Virus record (IMG/VR): IMGVR_UViG_3300017678_000009
Span: 1 to 51,190 of that record
From: a virus
Lineage: Duplodnaviria > Caudoviricetes
DNA length: 51,190 nt
Strand: one strand, 5' to 3'
Numbering within the stretch: the stretch's first letter is position 1; every line of letters starts with the position of its first letter. The translations under genes and the position numbers were made by a program. The notes beneath the pieces were generated by a model. That model saw only the letters and a list, made by a program, of their open reading frames with translations, searched no databases and was not told where the DNA came from. Below, piece by piece: positions 16,901 through 26,636 of this stretch.

Positions 16901-19900
16901 CGCCGCGCTGTGCGCGGGCCGCCTCATTCCCGCCCGTGTTGACCAGGGCGCCGTCCACTTCCATCCCATCAGCCGGCGTTGGAGTCGGCGCGTTGCGACC
17001 ACGGGCCGCGTCCGTCGCACGCTTGATGAGGCGTTGCTCAATCTCGGCACGCTCCGTCACGGCCGCGTCCAGCTCAGCCTGTTTCGCCCAGGGCGTCACG
17101 GGCTGGGCCTCCATCGTCTTCACAACGGCGTTCGCCCGGTCCGCTTCCGCACGGAACTGAGCCTCTTGCGCTGGGGTTTCCTCGATGTAGGACCGGATGT
17201 GCGAGAAGAAGCGACCCGGTACGGGCGCCTTGATGTTGGCCTCCATGCCGCCCAGGCTGAATGATGCCTGGACGCTCGCAGTGATGCTGCCATCCACAGC
17301 TTTCGCGACCGTTTGGATGGCAGTCACCGGCACGTTCGCGAGCGTGAACGTCACGCGCTTGCCTTGTGCCGCAGCTTGCCACACAGGTTTCAACGCTTCC
17401 TTGATCTGGGCCTCGCCCGTGAACTTCTCCCCGTAGATCTCCGCTTTGACGTCGGGCGCGACAAGCACCGAAAGCGACGAGGCCTTCTGAGCACGCTCCA
17501 TCGCCAAGCGCATCGAGAACGATGCGTTTGCTCGCTGTTCGGAAATCTGTTGTCGCCGCTGCAACTGCTGACGCTCGTGCGATTCTTTGTCCACGCTGAG
17601 CTGGTCGATCTTCTGGTCTAGCTCGACCGCCCGGATCAACTCAGGATCATCGGCGAGTTGGGCCTTCATCTGACTCGCCGTCATGGCGGCCTGGTCACCA
17701 GGATCGTCAAACGTGCGGCCGACACCCTTGTCGGTGAGAGCTTGCACGATGAATTTGCGCTTGTTCGCGATGATCCCATAGATGGCGATGTCCATCGAAC
17801 CCTTCATCCCGTACTTGATGAGTTCGATCTCGAAGCCAGGTCGGTACTCGGGATTGGGCACACCGTCAAACTGCTCGGTCGCAAACAGGTTGCCTTGGCG
17901 AACGATGCGGCCCTCACGCTGTTCAGACATTGCCGGCGTCATGCTTCGCGGGGGGTCCAGTTCGTGCATTGCCACAAGCCGTTGTTGGATGTTGACGCCA
18001 ACGCCCAAGCGATCCGTCGTGCCGATGATGACGCGGATCTCACCCCGGTTCACCCGCTCGAACAGAGCCTCACGCTGTTGGTCGGTGTTTGCTTCCATGA
18101 CCAAGGCAATCTCGCCCGCGGGGATGCCGGCATCGATGAGCTTGTCACGCAATGCCTTGTGCAGATTGAAGCCCTTGCCACGGAAAGCCGAGTCGTCCGC
18201 TTTGGCTTCATTCCTCGCCGCCGCTTCCGCATCTGTGTCATCGTCGCGCAGCGCTGCCAGCGTCTCGTTCTCGCCGTCGATGTCAAGACCATCCACCGAT
18301 GAGATGCCGCCTGACGACACCGACCGGAGCCGCGACGTGTCCATCGTGTTGAACTTGTCCGCGAACACGATCTGCGTGCCGCGGTAGTCGCTGCTCTTGC
18401 GGTAGATGTCCACGATCCGGCGCGTCGCCACCGACAGCTTGCTTTGGTCCGAGTCCGGGAGATTGGCATCAATCAACCGCGGATCGAGCGCCGCCGCCAT
18501 GCCGGCCTGCATCACCGTGATGGGAACCCAGCTCAGCTCCCGCTTCTCAACTCCCTTCGCAGTTTCAAAGGTCTGCACCGCCGACATGAGCATGTCTTTG
18601 ATCTTCTCATACGACTCGTCCCCAGGCACGGTGACGATCTCGGGTTGACCGCCCTTGATTCTCGGCACATCCAGGCCCAGCTCGGCGTTCCCCATCTTGA
18701 CGTCGAACCCAGCACGGATGAGGCGGATCAGCTCGGGACCGTTGACGAACTTCTTGAAGCGTGTCACCACTTCGTACCGGCCGGCGTAGGTGAACTCCAC
18801 ATCCCCCTTGGGCTGACCGAACGTGTTGGCGAACTCATCGAAGTTTTCGATGTTGAACTCAGACAGCACCTTGGGGGTGGCAAGTTTGAGCATGACGTAG
18901 GCTTCCGCCATGCTGTTCGTGATGGGCGTACCCGTCGCGAGCACGACGCCGCGGCCGTTCTGCCGCTCCTGGATCAGACTGAGCTTGATCTCGGCCAACA
19001 ACGCGCGGTCGGAGTTGCCTTGCGGGATGCCCTTCACCCGCTGCATGCGCGTGACAATCGGCACGTTCTTGTACATGTGGGCTTCGTCGATGAAGACTGC
19101 ATCGATCCCCATGTCCTCGAACTTGACCCCGACGTCCTGGCGGTCCTTGGCAGCTTCCAGCGTCTTCGCGATCTTGGCTTCCAGTGACGCCTTGGCCGCT
19201 TCGAGCTGCTTCGTCGTCATCGCCTTTTTGCCATTGCGCCGACGCTCTTCTTGAATGAGCGATTCGAGCTCCGCCACTTTGCGACGCAGGTACTCGACCA
19301 TCTTTCCCGCGCCCACGGAGATCAAGTCGAACTGGGGATGCGTGCAGATAACCGCATCCCAGTCACCCAGCGCGACCTGTGCCATCAAACGCTTGCGGTT
19401 CTTGGCCGCGAACGTCTTATTGGTTGCCACCAGGATCTTCGCGGCCGGATAGGCGTCCTTGAAAGAGCGCACAAACTGCCCGAGCGTCGCCTTCTGCACC
19501 ACGATCATCGGCTTGCGCGCAAGCCCCAGCCGCCGCATTTCCATCGCACTCACGATGATGCTGAACGTCTTGCCCGAGCCCACCCCGTGCGCCATGACCG
19601 CGGCGCCCTCCTGGAGGATGCGGTACACCACGCTCATGCGGTGGGGGGTCTTCCGCACCGTCTTGCTTGCACCGGGAAGAACCAGGTGCGACCCGTCATA
19701 GACGGGCGGAACGACCGCGTTGAGCGTGTCGTTGTACATCCGCATCGCGAGCATTTGTGCGGACTGATTGCCGATCATCGCATCCGTCGTGCGCAGCCAG
19801 GTCACAAACTCCGCGTTCATCTTGTCCACGAGGGCCTGAGCCTGGGCGGTTTGTGCTTGGAGAACCTGCGTCTTCTGCTGGCCGCCCACGGTGATCGTCT

Positions 19901-22900
19901 CGGTCACGACCGGCCGCGTGTTGTTGAGCGCGTGCGTGAGTAGCTGGCTCGCGCTCATGCGCAGCCGGCGTTCATCACGCACCGTCCAGTTTGCCAGGAT
20001 CTCGGCCGTCGATTCTGCGACCGACACGTCGTAGCCATTGGCAGCACGCACGTACCGAACCTCAACATCCGTCGCGAACAGATCGCTTGCGAACTTCGAT
20101 GTGATTGCTTCGGGCATCCATCGTGAAGCGAGCGAATAGGTGATGTCACCCAGATCGACGTCGCGCGGGACGACAGCCTCGAGCGCCGTCACGTTGCCGG
20201 CGTACCGCTCATCCTGCTGAGCGGCTTCGCGAGCTGCCACGAGCTTGCGTCGGACGTTGCCAGACAGGTACTTGGTCTTGGGCTCCATCATTCCCGACGT
20301 CGGATTGACGAACGCCAACCCGCTCGCAAGCACCTGTGCTTGCGCATCATCCGAACTGATGCCGAGCAGTTCACCCACGACGGCTGGGTCGATTGTGTTG
20401 CGATACCCCAGGCTGATCGACACCGCCTCGTTGATGTCTTTGGCCGAGGTCGGCATCGTGCGAGGCTGCATCTGCCGCTCTTCGAAGATGGGATGCTTGA
20501 CGAACGCTTCCTCAATGATCGACTTGCCCTTGTTCGGGCCGGCCTTGATGGTGCGGCGCACTTCCCGCTGCACTTCGAGCGAGATCACAAGCGGATAGTC
20601 AGGGTCCGCGGCCAAGTGTGCGACGCGACTGGAAGACTCGCGCTTGCGGTTCAGCGTGCCGAACTTCTTGACGTAGGCGTCATACGCCTCGTTCAGTTCG
20701 GCGCGCAACCCATCCAAGTACGACTTGGGCTTGACGGAGTTTTCCGCGGTGACCAGCGCAACCGCCGCCTTGCGGAGATTGTTCCACGCCGGCCACACTT
20801 CGATACGGCGTGCCCGCTCGTCTGCGTCGATGGGCACATCCCAATCATCACCCACGAGCTTCTGCTTGGTCCAGTCGGCCGGCTCCAGCCCGTCACGGCC
20901 GACGACGTAGTAGACGCCATCACGCTCCACATACGAACCGAATCGCTCGCCCTCCTCTGCCTTGATGCTGCCGCCATCTGTCGCCCGAACCGTGGTGTTG
21001 CCGACGACGTTCTCAGGCAGTGCGTTGATGGCAGTCTGCAACGCTTGCCCCAGGTCCACGCCCTTGCGACTGACCAAGGCGTAGTCGTTGTCGTTGTACA
21101 TCGTGCCTTCGAGGGTGTGTCGTCCCAGCGCCATTTCAGGATGCGCGGCGAAGTATTCATTCGCCATGATCGGCACGGTTTCGCTACCAGACTCGCGATA
21201 CCGCTCGATGTCGGCTTCGAGCTTTGCAATCTCTGCATCAGCATTGCCACGCCGAGCCAACTGCGCAACGCGGCGCTCGAGTGACTCGATCATCTTCGCG
21301 ACCGGATGCTCGCCCACTTGGGCAAGATTGATGAACGGTTCGCCCTGGAAGGGTGTGCCATCCTTCTTGCGCATCACGATGATGTCCGTCGTCACCTGTG
21401 TGCCGGCGTTCTTTGCGAAGGCGTCGTTGGGGAGGCGAATCGCACCGACAAGATCGGCTTTGCTCGCGAGCAGTTGACGCACGCGGGCGCCGTCCTTCAC
21501 CTTGTTGAGCGTTCCGTCGCTCGTGACGAACACGAGCAGCCCGCCAGGACGCAGCTTGTCCAGGGCGCGGGCGAAGAAGTAATCGTGGATGAAGAGATCG
21601 TCATAGTCTCGGCCGGTGATGCGGAAGCCGCCGAAAGGCACATTGCTGATTGCCAGATCGATGGAGTTGTTGGCGATCTGCGCGGTTTCAAAGCCCTGCA
21701 CGCGGACGTCGGACTCTGGATAGAGCTTGCGCAGCAAGCGGCCGGTGAGAGAATCCAGCTCCACCGCCACAAACTGTGTGCTCTCCCGCATGTCTTCAGG
21801 CATCATTCCAAGGAAGTTGCCCGAGCCCGCAGCCGGCTCCAGCACACGGCCGCCCTTGAAGCCCAGTCTCTTCACGAGATCCCACATCGGCCGCACGACT
21901 TCTTCGGCGGTGTAGTGGGCGTTGAGCGTGCTCTTGCGCGCCGATGCGTACTCGGCTTCAGTCATCAGCTCTTGGAGCTTGGTGCGATCCTTGGCAAACG
22001 CGGCCTTGGCTTCGTTGAACACCTCACCCGCCCAGCCCCAGCCGGTGAAGTTTGCGAGAACGCGCTTCTCGCTCGCGGTCGCGTTACGTCCTTCCGCTTC
22101 CAGCTTTTGCAAAAGCTCGAGCGCAGCGAGGTTCGCCTGCATCTTCGCCTTGACGCCGCCGGTTACATCCAGCTCGCCAGGACGGATGATGTGATTCACG
22201 GCGTTAGGATCGCGTGCCGGCTCGGGCACGGCAGCGGGCGTCGCAACCGGCGCGGGCGTCGCGGGCGTCACGTTCTCGGCCGGCGTGGGTGTCGGCGCGG
22301 GCGTCGGTGCGGCCGCTTCGCCGGTCTCGGTGGTGTCCTCGTTCCGTCGAATCTGGTCCGCACGAAGCGACCATGTAGCGCGGCTTTGGCGGCCGGCGCT
22401 GGGATGCCGCATCGTGACGATGCCATCGAGCACCTTCGTGACGATCCATCCAGTGACAGGACGACTGCGTTCTTCTGCGAACGCAATCGCGATTGGATCG
22501 ATCACGTCAACAACATCGCCCTTGGCAAAGGCAGGCAGATCCGCCGTGGGTGGCGGTTGATTGGGTTGGGGCGAATCAACGGGCGTAGTTGCAGACTGTG
22601 GAGGATCAGTCGGAACAAACCTGATTTGCTCGGGCGAAAACACCACGTACACATCAGACGTGGTGCGGTCATCCAAGTCCGCCGTATCGATGACGTTGCG
22701 CACGATCGCCCCGTCAGCGCCTTCTGATTGGGCTCGTTCACCAATCTTCTCGACGGTCACGGCGTTCTTGGGAATGTTCCCAAACACCTTCGGCTTCCAC
22801 TCTTGCCACGGAACGGGAATGTTGTCGTGGCGCTTCCCCGCCGCCTCAATGACGAGAGGCTTTTGCACTGACAGATACACCGGCAGAACGACGCCGGTTG

Positions 22901-25900
22901 GACGCGAGCGCCATGCGCCGCGGACGGATGTGTACTGCTCAGCAATCTCGCGTTTGCTGGAGAAGTACGCGGCGCCACGGTTCAGCTTGAACTCGGTCAA
23001 ACCCTCTTTCAGCGGCGTGCCGTGATACACAACGAGGGGGCGGCCGCGAGAGTCAACGGCCTTTGAATCGCCAAACCACTTCCAAAACTCGCGAATACCA
23101 GTTTCGTCAGACGCAAGCGGCCTCCCATCACTGTTGGTGGTAGGACGCTGAAAACCATCGACGTCGATCGTTTCAGTAGTACGCATCCGTGTTGGAGCCG
23201 TCTGAACGTCGTCGGCTACATCGGACTGCGTTTCATCGCCCACCCGCTCGGCGCCCGCAACTTCACTGTTTGCAGGAACGTCTGTGCGGATTGCCGACTG
23301 CCCATCTGTTGCAGCGTTGTCAGCACGGTCTGTTGCTGCTGGGGCGTCAGATCGGTTCGGAACGCCGCCGCTGCCATCGCCGTCGTCTGTTCGTCCAGAT
23401 CGCTCGCCTCGCTCGCTTGCAGGCTGTCCATCATCGGCGTTGCCAGCTCGTCCGTCGTCTCTTCTTCCAGCGCTTGGCGCAGGCTCTTCGGATTGCTGAG
23501 CGCCGCTTGTGTCGCTGGCTGGGTCAGATCCGCCCAGCGCAGCCACCGCATCATCCGTTCGTTCGCGCTCAGTTCCATCGGTTCGTTCGTTCTCCGGGGG
23601 GGAGGCTACCTCTTGGTCTTGGTCTGCATCTTGTCGGTCGGTTTCGACGCGCGCTTCTTCTCCCAGCTCGCTGCCAGCTTCGCGAACCGATCCTCGTCCT
23701 CGCGATCCAGCTTGTTCTGCCAGTCTTGCGCCGTCAGGATCGGGGGTTTCTGTGCGCTCGAGGGAGCCTTCGAGCTGCTTCCACGGTTGCCCGCGTTCGA
23801 CGTCCGTTGAGAGGGTGAGGTACTCATCTGCGAGCCCTTCTTTCTTCGCTCTATCATACGTCATCGACGGCTTCTCAGCCACATCTTCAGCGATGTATGA
23901 CAAAGAAACATACCGCCCGCTGGCATCGAATCGTCGCGCCGCCCGTCCCAGAACCTTATCCGTTGGCAGCACGACATTTACGAGACGGACGTTGTACCCC
24001 CTGCCTTTGAGCGCCTTGATCTTGTTTTCGACGCCGGAGTAGGTTTTTCCCACCACCGGAATGACGATGTTGCGCCCGTCGTCAACAGCCTGGTCGAGCA
24101 CGCCTCCCGGCGCGTTGATGATGTCGTCGCTCTCTGTGTGAACCAGCATCGCGCCGATTGAGTTGCCATGAAACTCGGGAATCTTGCGCTTCGCGTAGTC
24201 GTTGTCCACGATCATCGCGCCCAACGAGTCAGAGAGTCGGTTCGCGATACCGCTCTTGCCGGCCGCCGGCGGACCAAGCACAATCACCGCCACGCGATCC
24301 TTGCGAAGCGGCGTCTTTGGCAGCGCGCCGCCCGTACCCAAACGAATGTTGTCGTCATCATCAAGACGCTGTTGCGTCATCAGCTCATCCATAGCTTGCT
24401 TGCGCAGATTCTTTCGAGCTTCATCACTTCGGTACTCCTCATTCCGCAGTTCGGGATATGAGAACACATCCCGACCGTTGAGTTGGGCGATACCACGTTC
24501 TGCTTCTGCAACCGACTTGCCGACGCGGCCGGCATCCTCATCGACGTCGGCGAGGCCTGCTCGTTCAACCAGAAACTTCCGCGCATAGCCGCTGTTGGTC
24601 AGTTTGACGCGCAGTGGATCAGTGTCTTCAACCGGGGGTTCGGTGTCGTTGGTTGCGTCTTGGGTGACCGCGTTAGAATCGGTCGATGCTTCCCCTGCCT
24701 TTGTCAACTCAATTGCTGGGCTTTCCGCTGCTGGGGCCGAGCGCGGTTGTTCGGCCGGATCTGTGGCCGCTTGATCCGCCGCCGGCGTCTCAGCCGGTGC
24801 GATCGCGGGAGCGGGAGGATTGCGACGTGCGGCCTCTTCCTGCACGTCCTGCGTCGCATCCTGACCATCCACAGACAGATCAATCCGCTCGAGCGCACGG
24901 ATAACTTCATCGTCGCTCGCGTTGGCATCGTCGAGCACATCGACGACGGGCCGCTCGGCGGGGGCCGCTTCACCACTTTCGACGGGTTCAACCGATTGCC
25001 CAGGCGCGCGTACATCCTGCACGCGCGTTCCGCTCCGTGCGGTGTCCTGGGCGACGGGTGACGTTGCGGTTGTTTGAGCATTCCTTGCTCGCCGCTCCGC
25101 CACATATTCGATTGTGCTTCCGGGTGCGCCGAACAGAGCGCCGCCCGCTGCACCGAGAGCAAACTCGTACACCGCCTGGTCAAACGCTTCGCGCGAGACT
25201 GGCGCGACGCCTTGGCCCGTGGTCACTTCACGAACGATGCGGTCGATAGTACCCTGTGCAACCTCTTCGCCACCTTCCGCGAGGATGTCGCCCACATAGC
25301 GAGTCACCGCCTTCGCGAACGTCTGCTTGTCGAGCTTCAGCCGCCCTGCCACCTTGCTCATGCCGCGGATCAGCGTGGATTGGAAACCCGCCTGCTCGAT
25401 AGCGGCCTTTGCGGTCCCCGCCGGCACCGCCGCCATGAGCGCGTACGCATACGCATCTTCCTTGCTCATGCCATCGGAGCGGAAGTCTTCGTAGAGGGTG
25501 TCCACCGTGTCGCCGCTCTCCAGCATGAAAGAGACGACGCCCGATGCAGCCAAGCCGCCCTTGGGGCCTGCGACTTGTGTTCCCGCGATTGCCGCCGCCG
25601 CGTTGAAAGCCATGCCAGGCCCCGACTGGCCGAGGTCATACATAAACCGAGATCCCGACTTCTTCAATCTGGGTTCGATCTCTGCATCACGCACGTCAGC
25701 GGCCGTGTCCGCGAACGTCCTCAACGCACCCGCGCGAACGGCGCCGCGTTCCATCACCTTGCCGATGGCAGCTTCTTGGGCCGTCTTGGAACCGGCCGCC
25801 TGTGCGGCCGCCACGACACGCGGATCGCGCGAGGGTTGGACCCGAACATCAAGCGTGCGACCGCCCCCAGGCAGGCTACCAGTCACCGTGCTCGCCACCA

Positions 25901-26261
25901 CGTTCGCGGCATCCATCGCGACGCCGACTGGATTCGTGATTGCCTTGCCGGCCGCGTTGACCATTGCAGAACGCACCACACCCGGCACGCGGTCACCAGC
26001 CTCGAGCGCAGCTTCTGCGAGCTGTGCGCCCGTCGCGATGGCTCGCGGAACACCTGTGGCGAAGCCGGCGCCAAGCTGTGCGACACCACCCATCGGCTTG
26101 GCCTGCTCAGCCTCACGTTGTTGGCGACGGCGTTCGAGCCACGAGTTGAACGCTGCTCGGTTGGAGTCCGCCGCGCTCACCCCTTGCTGGGTGTTACCGG
26201 ATCGACGGCGCTCGAGCCACTGTTCAAAGGCGAGGGTGTTGGGGTTTGCGGCGACACTCAT
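13827..26261 (-). CDS. Giant polyvalent DarB-like ejection protein (zeta-like kinase, ART-like domain, N6-MTase, SNF2 helicase, helical C-terminus)
   Basis: LGPPAAGKS P-loop; WFGDSK.VD..GRPLVVYHGT...VVFSPEQI; LEPAAGSG and SNVPF; AHGVGSGKT, DEAH, ATGTP, QREGRIVRQGN; last gene after the pilot proteins. Confidence 0.9.
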   Translation of the reverse strand: MSVAANPNTLAFEQWLERRRSGNTQQGVSAADSNRAAFNSWLERRRQQREAEQAKPMGGVAQLGAGFATGVPRAIATGAQLAEAALEAGDRVPGVVRSAMVNAAGKAITNPVGVAMDAANVVASTVTGSLPGGGRTLDVRVQPSRDPRVVAAAQAAGSKTAQEAAIGKVMERGAVRAGALRTFADTAADVRDAEIEPRLKKSGSRFMYDLGQSGPGMAFNAAAAIAGTQVAGPKGGLAASGVVSFMLESGDTVDTLYEDFRSDGMSKEDAYAYALMAAVPAGTAKAAIEQAGFQSTLIRGMSKVAGRLKLDKQTFAKAVTRYVGDILAEGGEEVAQGTIDRIVREVTTGQGVAPVSREAFDQAVYEFALGAAGGALFGAPGSTIEYVAERRARNAQTTATSPVAQDTARSGTRVQDVRAPGQSVEPVESGEAAPAERPVVDVLDDANASDDEVIRALERIDLSVDGQDATQDVQEEAARRNPPAPAIAPAETPAADQAATDPAEQPRSAPAAESPAIELTKAGEASTDSNAVTQDATNDTEPPVEDTDPLRVKLTNSGYARKFLVERAGLADVDEDAGRVGKSVAEAERGIAQLNGRDVFSYPELRNEEYRSDEARKNLRKQAMDELMTQQRLDDDDNIRLGTGGALPKTPLRKDRVAVIVLGPPAAGKSGIANRLSDSLGAMIVDNDYAKRKIPEFHGNSIGAMLVHTESDDIINAPGGVLDQAVDDGRNIVIPVVGKTYSGVENKIKALKGRGYNVRLVNVVLPTDKVLGRAARRFDASGRYVSLSYIAEDVAEKPSMTYDRAKKEGLADEYLTLSTDVERGQPWKQLEGSLERTETPDPDGARLAEQAGSRGRGSVREAGSELGEEARVETDRQDADQDQEVASPPENERTDGTERERTDDAVAALGGSDPASDTSGAQQSEEPAPSAGRRDDGRAGNADDGQPASERGERSGRTDDGDGSGGVPNRSDAPAATDRADNAATDGQSAIRTDVPANSEVAGAERVGDETQSDVADDVQTAPTRMRTTETIDVDGFQRPTTNSDGRPLASDETGIREFWKWFGDSKAVDSRGRPLVVYHGTPLKEGLTEFKLNRGAAYFSSKREIAEQYTSVRGAWRSRPTGVVLPVYLSVQKPLVIEAAGKRHDNIPVPWQEWKPKVFGNIPKNAVTVEKIGERAQSEGADGAIVRNVIDTADLDDRTTSDVYVVFSPEQIRFVPTDPPQSATTPVDSPQPNQPPPTADLPAFAKGDVVDVIDPIAIAFAEERSRPVTGWIVTKVLDGIVTMRHPSAGRQSRATWSLRADQIRRNEDTTETGEAAAPTPAPTPTPAENVTPATPAPVATPAAVPEPARDPNAVNHIIRPGELDVTGGVKAKMQANLAALELLQKLEAEGRNATASEKRVLANFTGWGWAGEVFNEAKAAFAKDRTKLQELMTEAEYASARKSTLNAHYTAEEVVRPMWDLVKRLGFKGGRVLEPAAGSGNFLGMMPEDMRESTQFVAVELDSLTGRLLRKLYPESDVRVQGFETAQIANNSIDLAISNVPFGGFRITGRDYDDLFIHDYFFARALDKLRPGGLLVFVTSDGTLNKVKDGARVRQLLASKADLVGAIRLPNDAFAKNAGTQVTTDIIVMRKKDGTPFQGEPFINLAQVGEHPVAKMIESLERRVAQLARRGNADAEIAKLEADIERYRESGSETVPIMANEYFAAHPEMALGRHTLEGTMYNDNDYALVSRKGVDLGQALQTAINALPENVVGNTTVRATDGGSIKAEEGERFGSYVERDGVYYVVGRDGLEPADWTKQKLVGDDWDVPIDADERARRIEVWPAWNNLRKAAVALVTAENSVKPKSYLDGLRAELNEAYDAYVKKFGTLNRKRESSSRVAHLAADPDYPLVISLEVQREVRRTIKAGPNKGKSIIEEAFVKHPIFEERQMQPRTMPTSAKDINEAVSISLGYRNTIDPAVVGELLGISSDDAQAQVLASGLAFVNPTSGMMEPKTKYLSGNVRRKLVAAREAAQQDERYAGNVTALEAVVPRDVDLGDITYSLASRWMPEAITSKFASDLFATDVEVRYVRAANGYDVSVAESTAEILANWTVRDERRLRMSASQLLTHALNNTRPVVTETITVGGQQKTQVLQAQTAQAQALVDKMNAEFVTWLRTTDAMIGNQSAQMLAMRMYNDTLNAVVPPVYDGSHLVLPGASKTVRKTPHRMSVVYRILQEGAAVMAHGVGSGKTFSIIVSAMEMRRLGLARKPMIVVQKATLGQFVRSFKDAYPAAKILVATNKTFAAKNRKRLMAQVALGDWDAVICTHPQFDLISVGAGKMVEYLRRKVAELESLIQEERRRNGKKAMTTKQLEAAKASLEAKIAKTLEAAKDRQDVGVKFEDMGIDAVFIDEAHMYKNVPIVTRMQRVKGIPQGNSDRALLAEIKLSLIQERQNGRGVVLATGTPITNSMAEAYVMLKLATPKVLSEFNIENFDEFANTFGQPKGDVEFTYAGRYEVVTRFKKFVNGPELIRLIRAGFDVKMGNAELGLDVPRIKGGQPEIVTVPGDESYEKIKDMLMSAVQTFETAKGVEKRELSWVPITVMQAGMAAALDPRLIDANLPDSDQSKLSVATRRIVDIYRKSSDYRGTQIVFADKFNTMDTSRLRSVSSGGISSVDGLDIDGENETLAALRDDDTDAEAAARNEAKADDSAFRGKGFNLHKALRDKLIDAGIPAGEIALVMEANTDQQREALFERVNRGEIRVIIGTTDRLGVGVNIQQRLVAMHELDPPRSMTPAMSEQREGRIVRQGNLFATEQFDGVPNPEYRPGFEIELIKYGMKGSMDIAIYGIIANKRKFIVQALTDKGVGRTFDDPGDQAAMTASQMKAQLADDPELIRAVELDQKIDQLSVDKESHERQQLQRRQQISEQRANASFSMRLAMERAQKASSLSVLVAPDVKAEIYGEKFTGEAQIKEALKPVWQAAAQGKRVTFTLANVPVTAIQTVAKAVDGSITASVQASFSLGGMEANIKAPVPGRFFSHIRSYIEETPAQEAQFRAEADRANAVVKTMEAQPVTPWAKQAELDAAVTERAEIEQRLIKRATDAARGRNAPTPTPADGMEVDGALVNTGGNEAARAQRGAFSRRRGAVYNPFNELGAMMFNLAQAAAKRAGQTRAIESRAQRKSDRTITKLEKQQQSANIRLGMLERARRALTRDTKAQARALASAQRRADQLAAKVDDAKLFGKTLLSEYRESRSALSKTRRALAKTMNQLVAERERTDKLRGKLSDTEQALLEKRLQVSIQSAVRGAVTNVARELPVRLRGNFITQVRDAKSLRDVLDAMQKADELQVKDVTRSARKIADRMTSRAVLGRMTEDARTKLADLKAQFDDNYRQATAPLASAGLAADELVNIAERMRAIVHEVRVANKLIRLETWLDADAARVAVLKAMEKRKQLGVEDDGVTRKQPGWFKEWFVRGNFNARTIAAALDDIWVGMNGTVGQLFKAIEDGTLRSFELREAALSAANVAAMNAGYQNLAHLMAVTSGSLGEGLHVRVPVRLAGENLQLTYGQLAKLYSTFQDVSTWRLIRQGKSIRFRDAGLASITLTTITDKDVDAVRDALPPALREAIDEMKRARERMFPAVQAVIRAIKGYEPIKEFNYEPRTLDREVQFGAEEMELFDSEGETRYIENAGFTINRKEDKTTPLLIGDFFEDWTRTVNGQADVIALATPIRNARLVLLHPDVKQAVAGVYGDRAPARIKDILIDASGLRNAGGKATRVAQFITRMVSASRTALRLTSWMAQLAGVPRLWAAMRDNKAFAAGLRGMFKKGTAEGMMQIPYVRRRYAGSLASVNSTLGDPTSAVMMESGQSLRDLLDRARLASRALAADVAVGDIKGAAVRAWVELAETVRISNWFDAIPVRIAYAGFSARAKELGKDETWVREQTVEALREVLNSSDATDLTTFASKLRNNPGVVMTAFTSDAASAFNQLYRGWRAGGKERRRAVIAMTGSILYTALGAGLIDWIFSSLVGEGKDDEERLTQAASKASIRAIQESFGMSFMADKLLGDVPRLVTGLGGGRVDLFDSMATSAVNQTATSAARFIQAMIELFSEDEKKADRAGEKALVELMRFIENGGSLVRNPFAAPMASARRAVEASMQKEEE

Positions 26262-26280
26262 GGTCGGTCTCCGATTGGTC

Positions 26281-26309
26281 TTGCGTTATGAGGCGAAGCG
26301 CGGTACGGT
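26281..26309 (+). promoter_or_regulatory. Putative promoter for a leaderless transcript
   Basis: TTGCGT-17 nt-TACGGT; predicted +1 falls on the A of ATG 26316. Confidence 0.5.
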
Positions 26310-26315
26310 GTGGGC

Positions 26316-26636
26316 ATGGAACGGGTGAATCAGATTGCACGTCGCGCAGAGAAATGGGTGTGGTACGTTGCTGGCGTGGCGTTCTTGCTTGCCATACTGG
26401 GGGCTGTTGTCATCACCGCGGGCGTTCTCGCCGATGCCAGTGACGTGCGTCTGTTGGGCTTCGTGCTTGTGGCGCCGTTGGTAGTGCTCGCGGGCGTGGG
26501 GCTCGTGGTGTTCGTGGTCGCGAGCATCGTGTCGATGTTCGCGATTCGCAATCGGGGTGAGCGCAACTTGTGCATTGGCTTGTTCTCCGCGATGGCCGTC
26601 GCTGTGTTGATTGGCCTGCTCATCCGCCTGCTGTGA
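26316..26636 (+). CDS. Three-TM membrane protein antisense to the late operon (moron; superinfection-exclusion candidate)
   Basis: Three long hydrophobic segments; opposite strand between two ejection genes; own promoter. Confidence 0.7.
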   Translation: MERVNQIARRAEKWVWYVAGVAFLLAILGAVVITAGVLADASDVRLLGFVLVAPLVVLAGVGLVVFVVASIVSMFAIRNRGERNLCIGLFSAMAVAVLIGLLIRLL

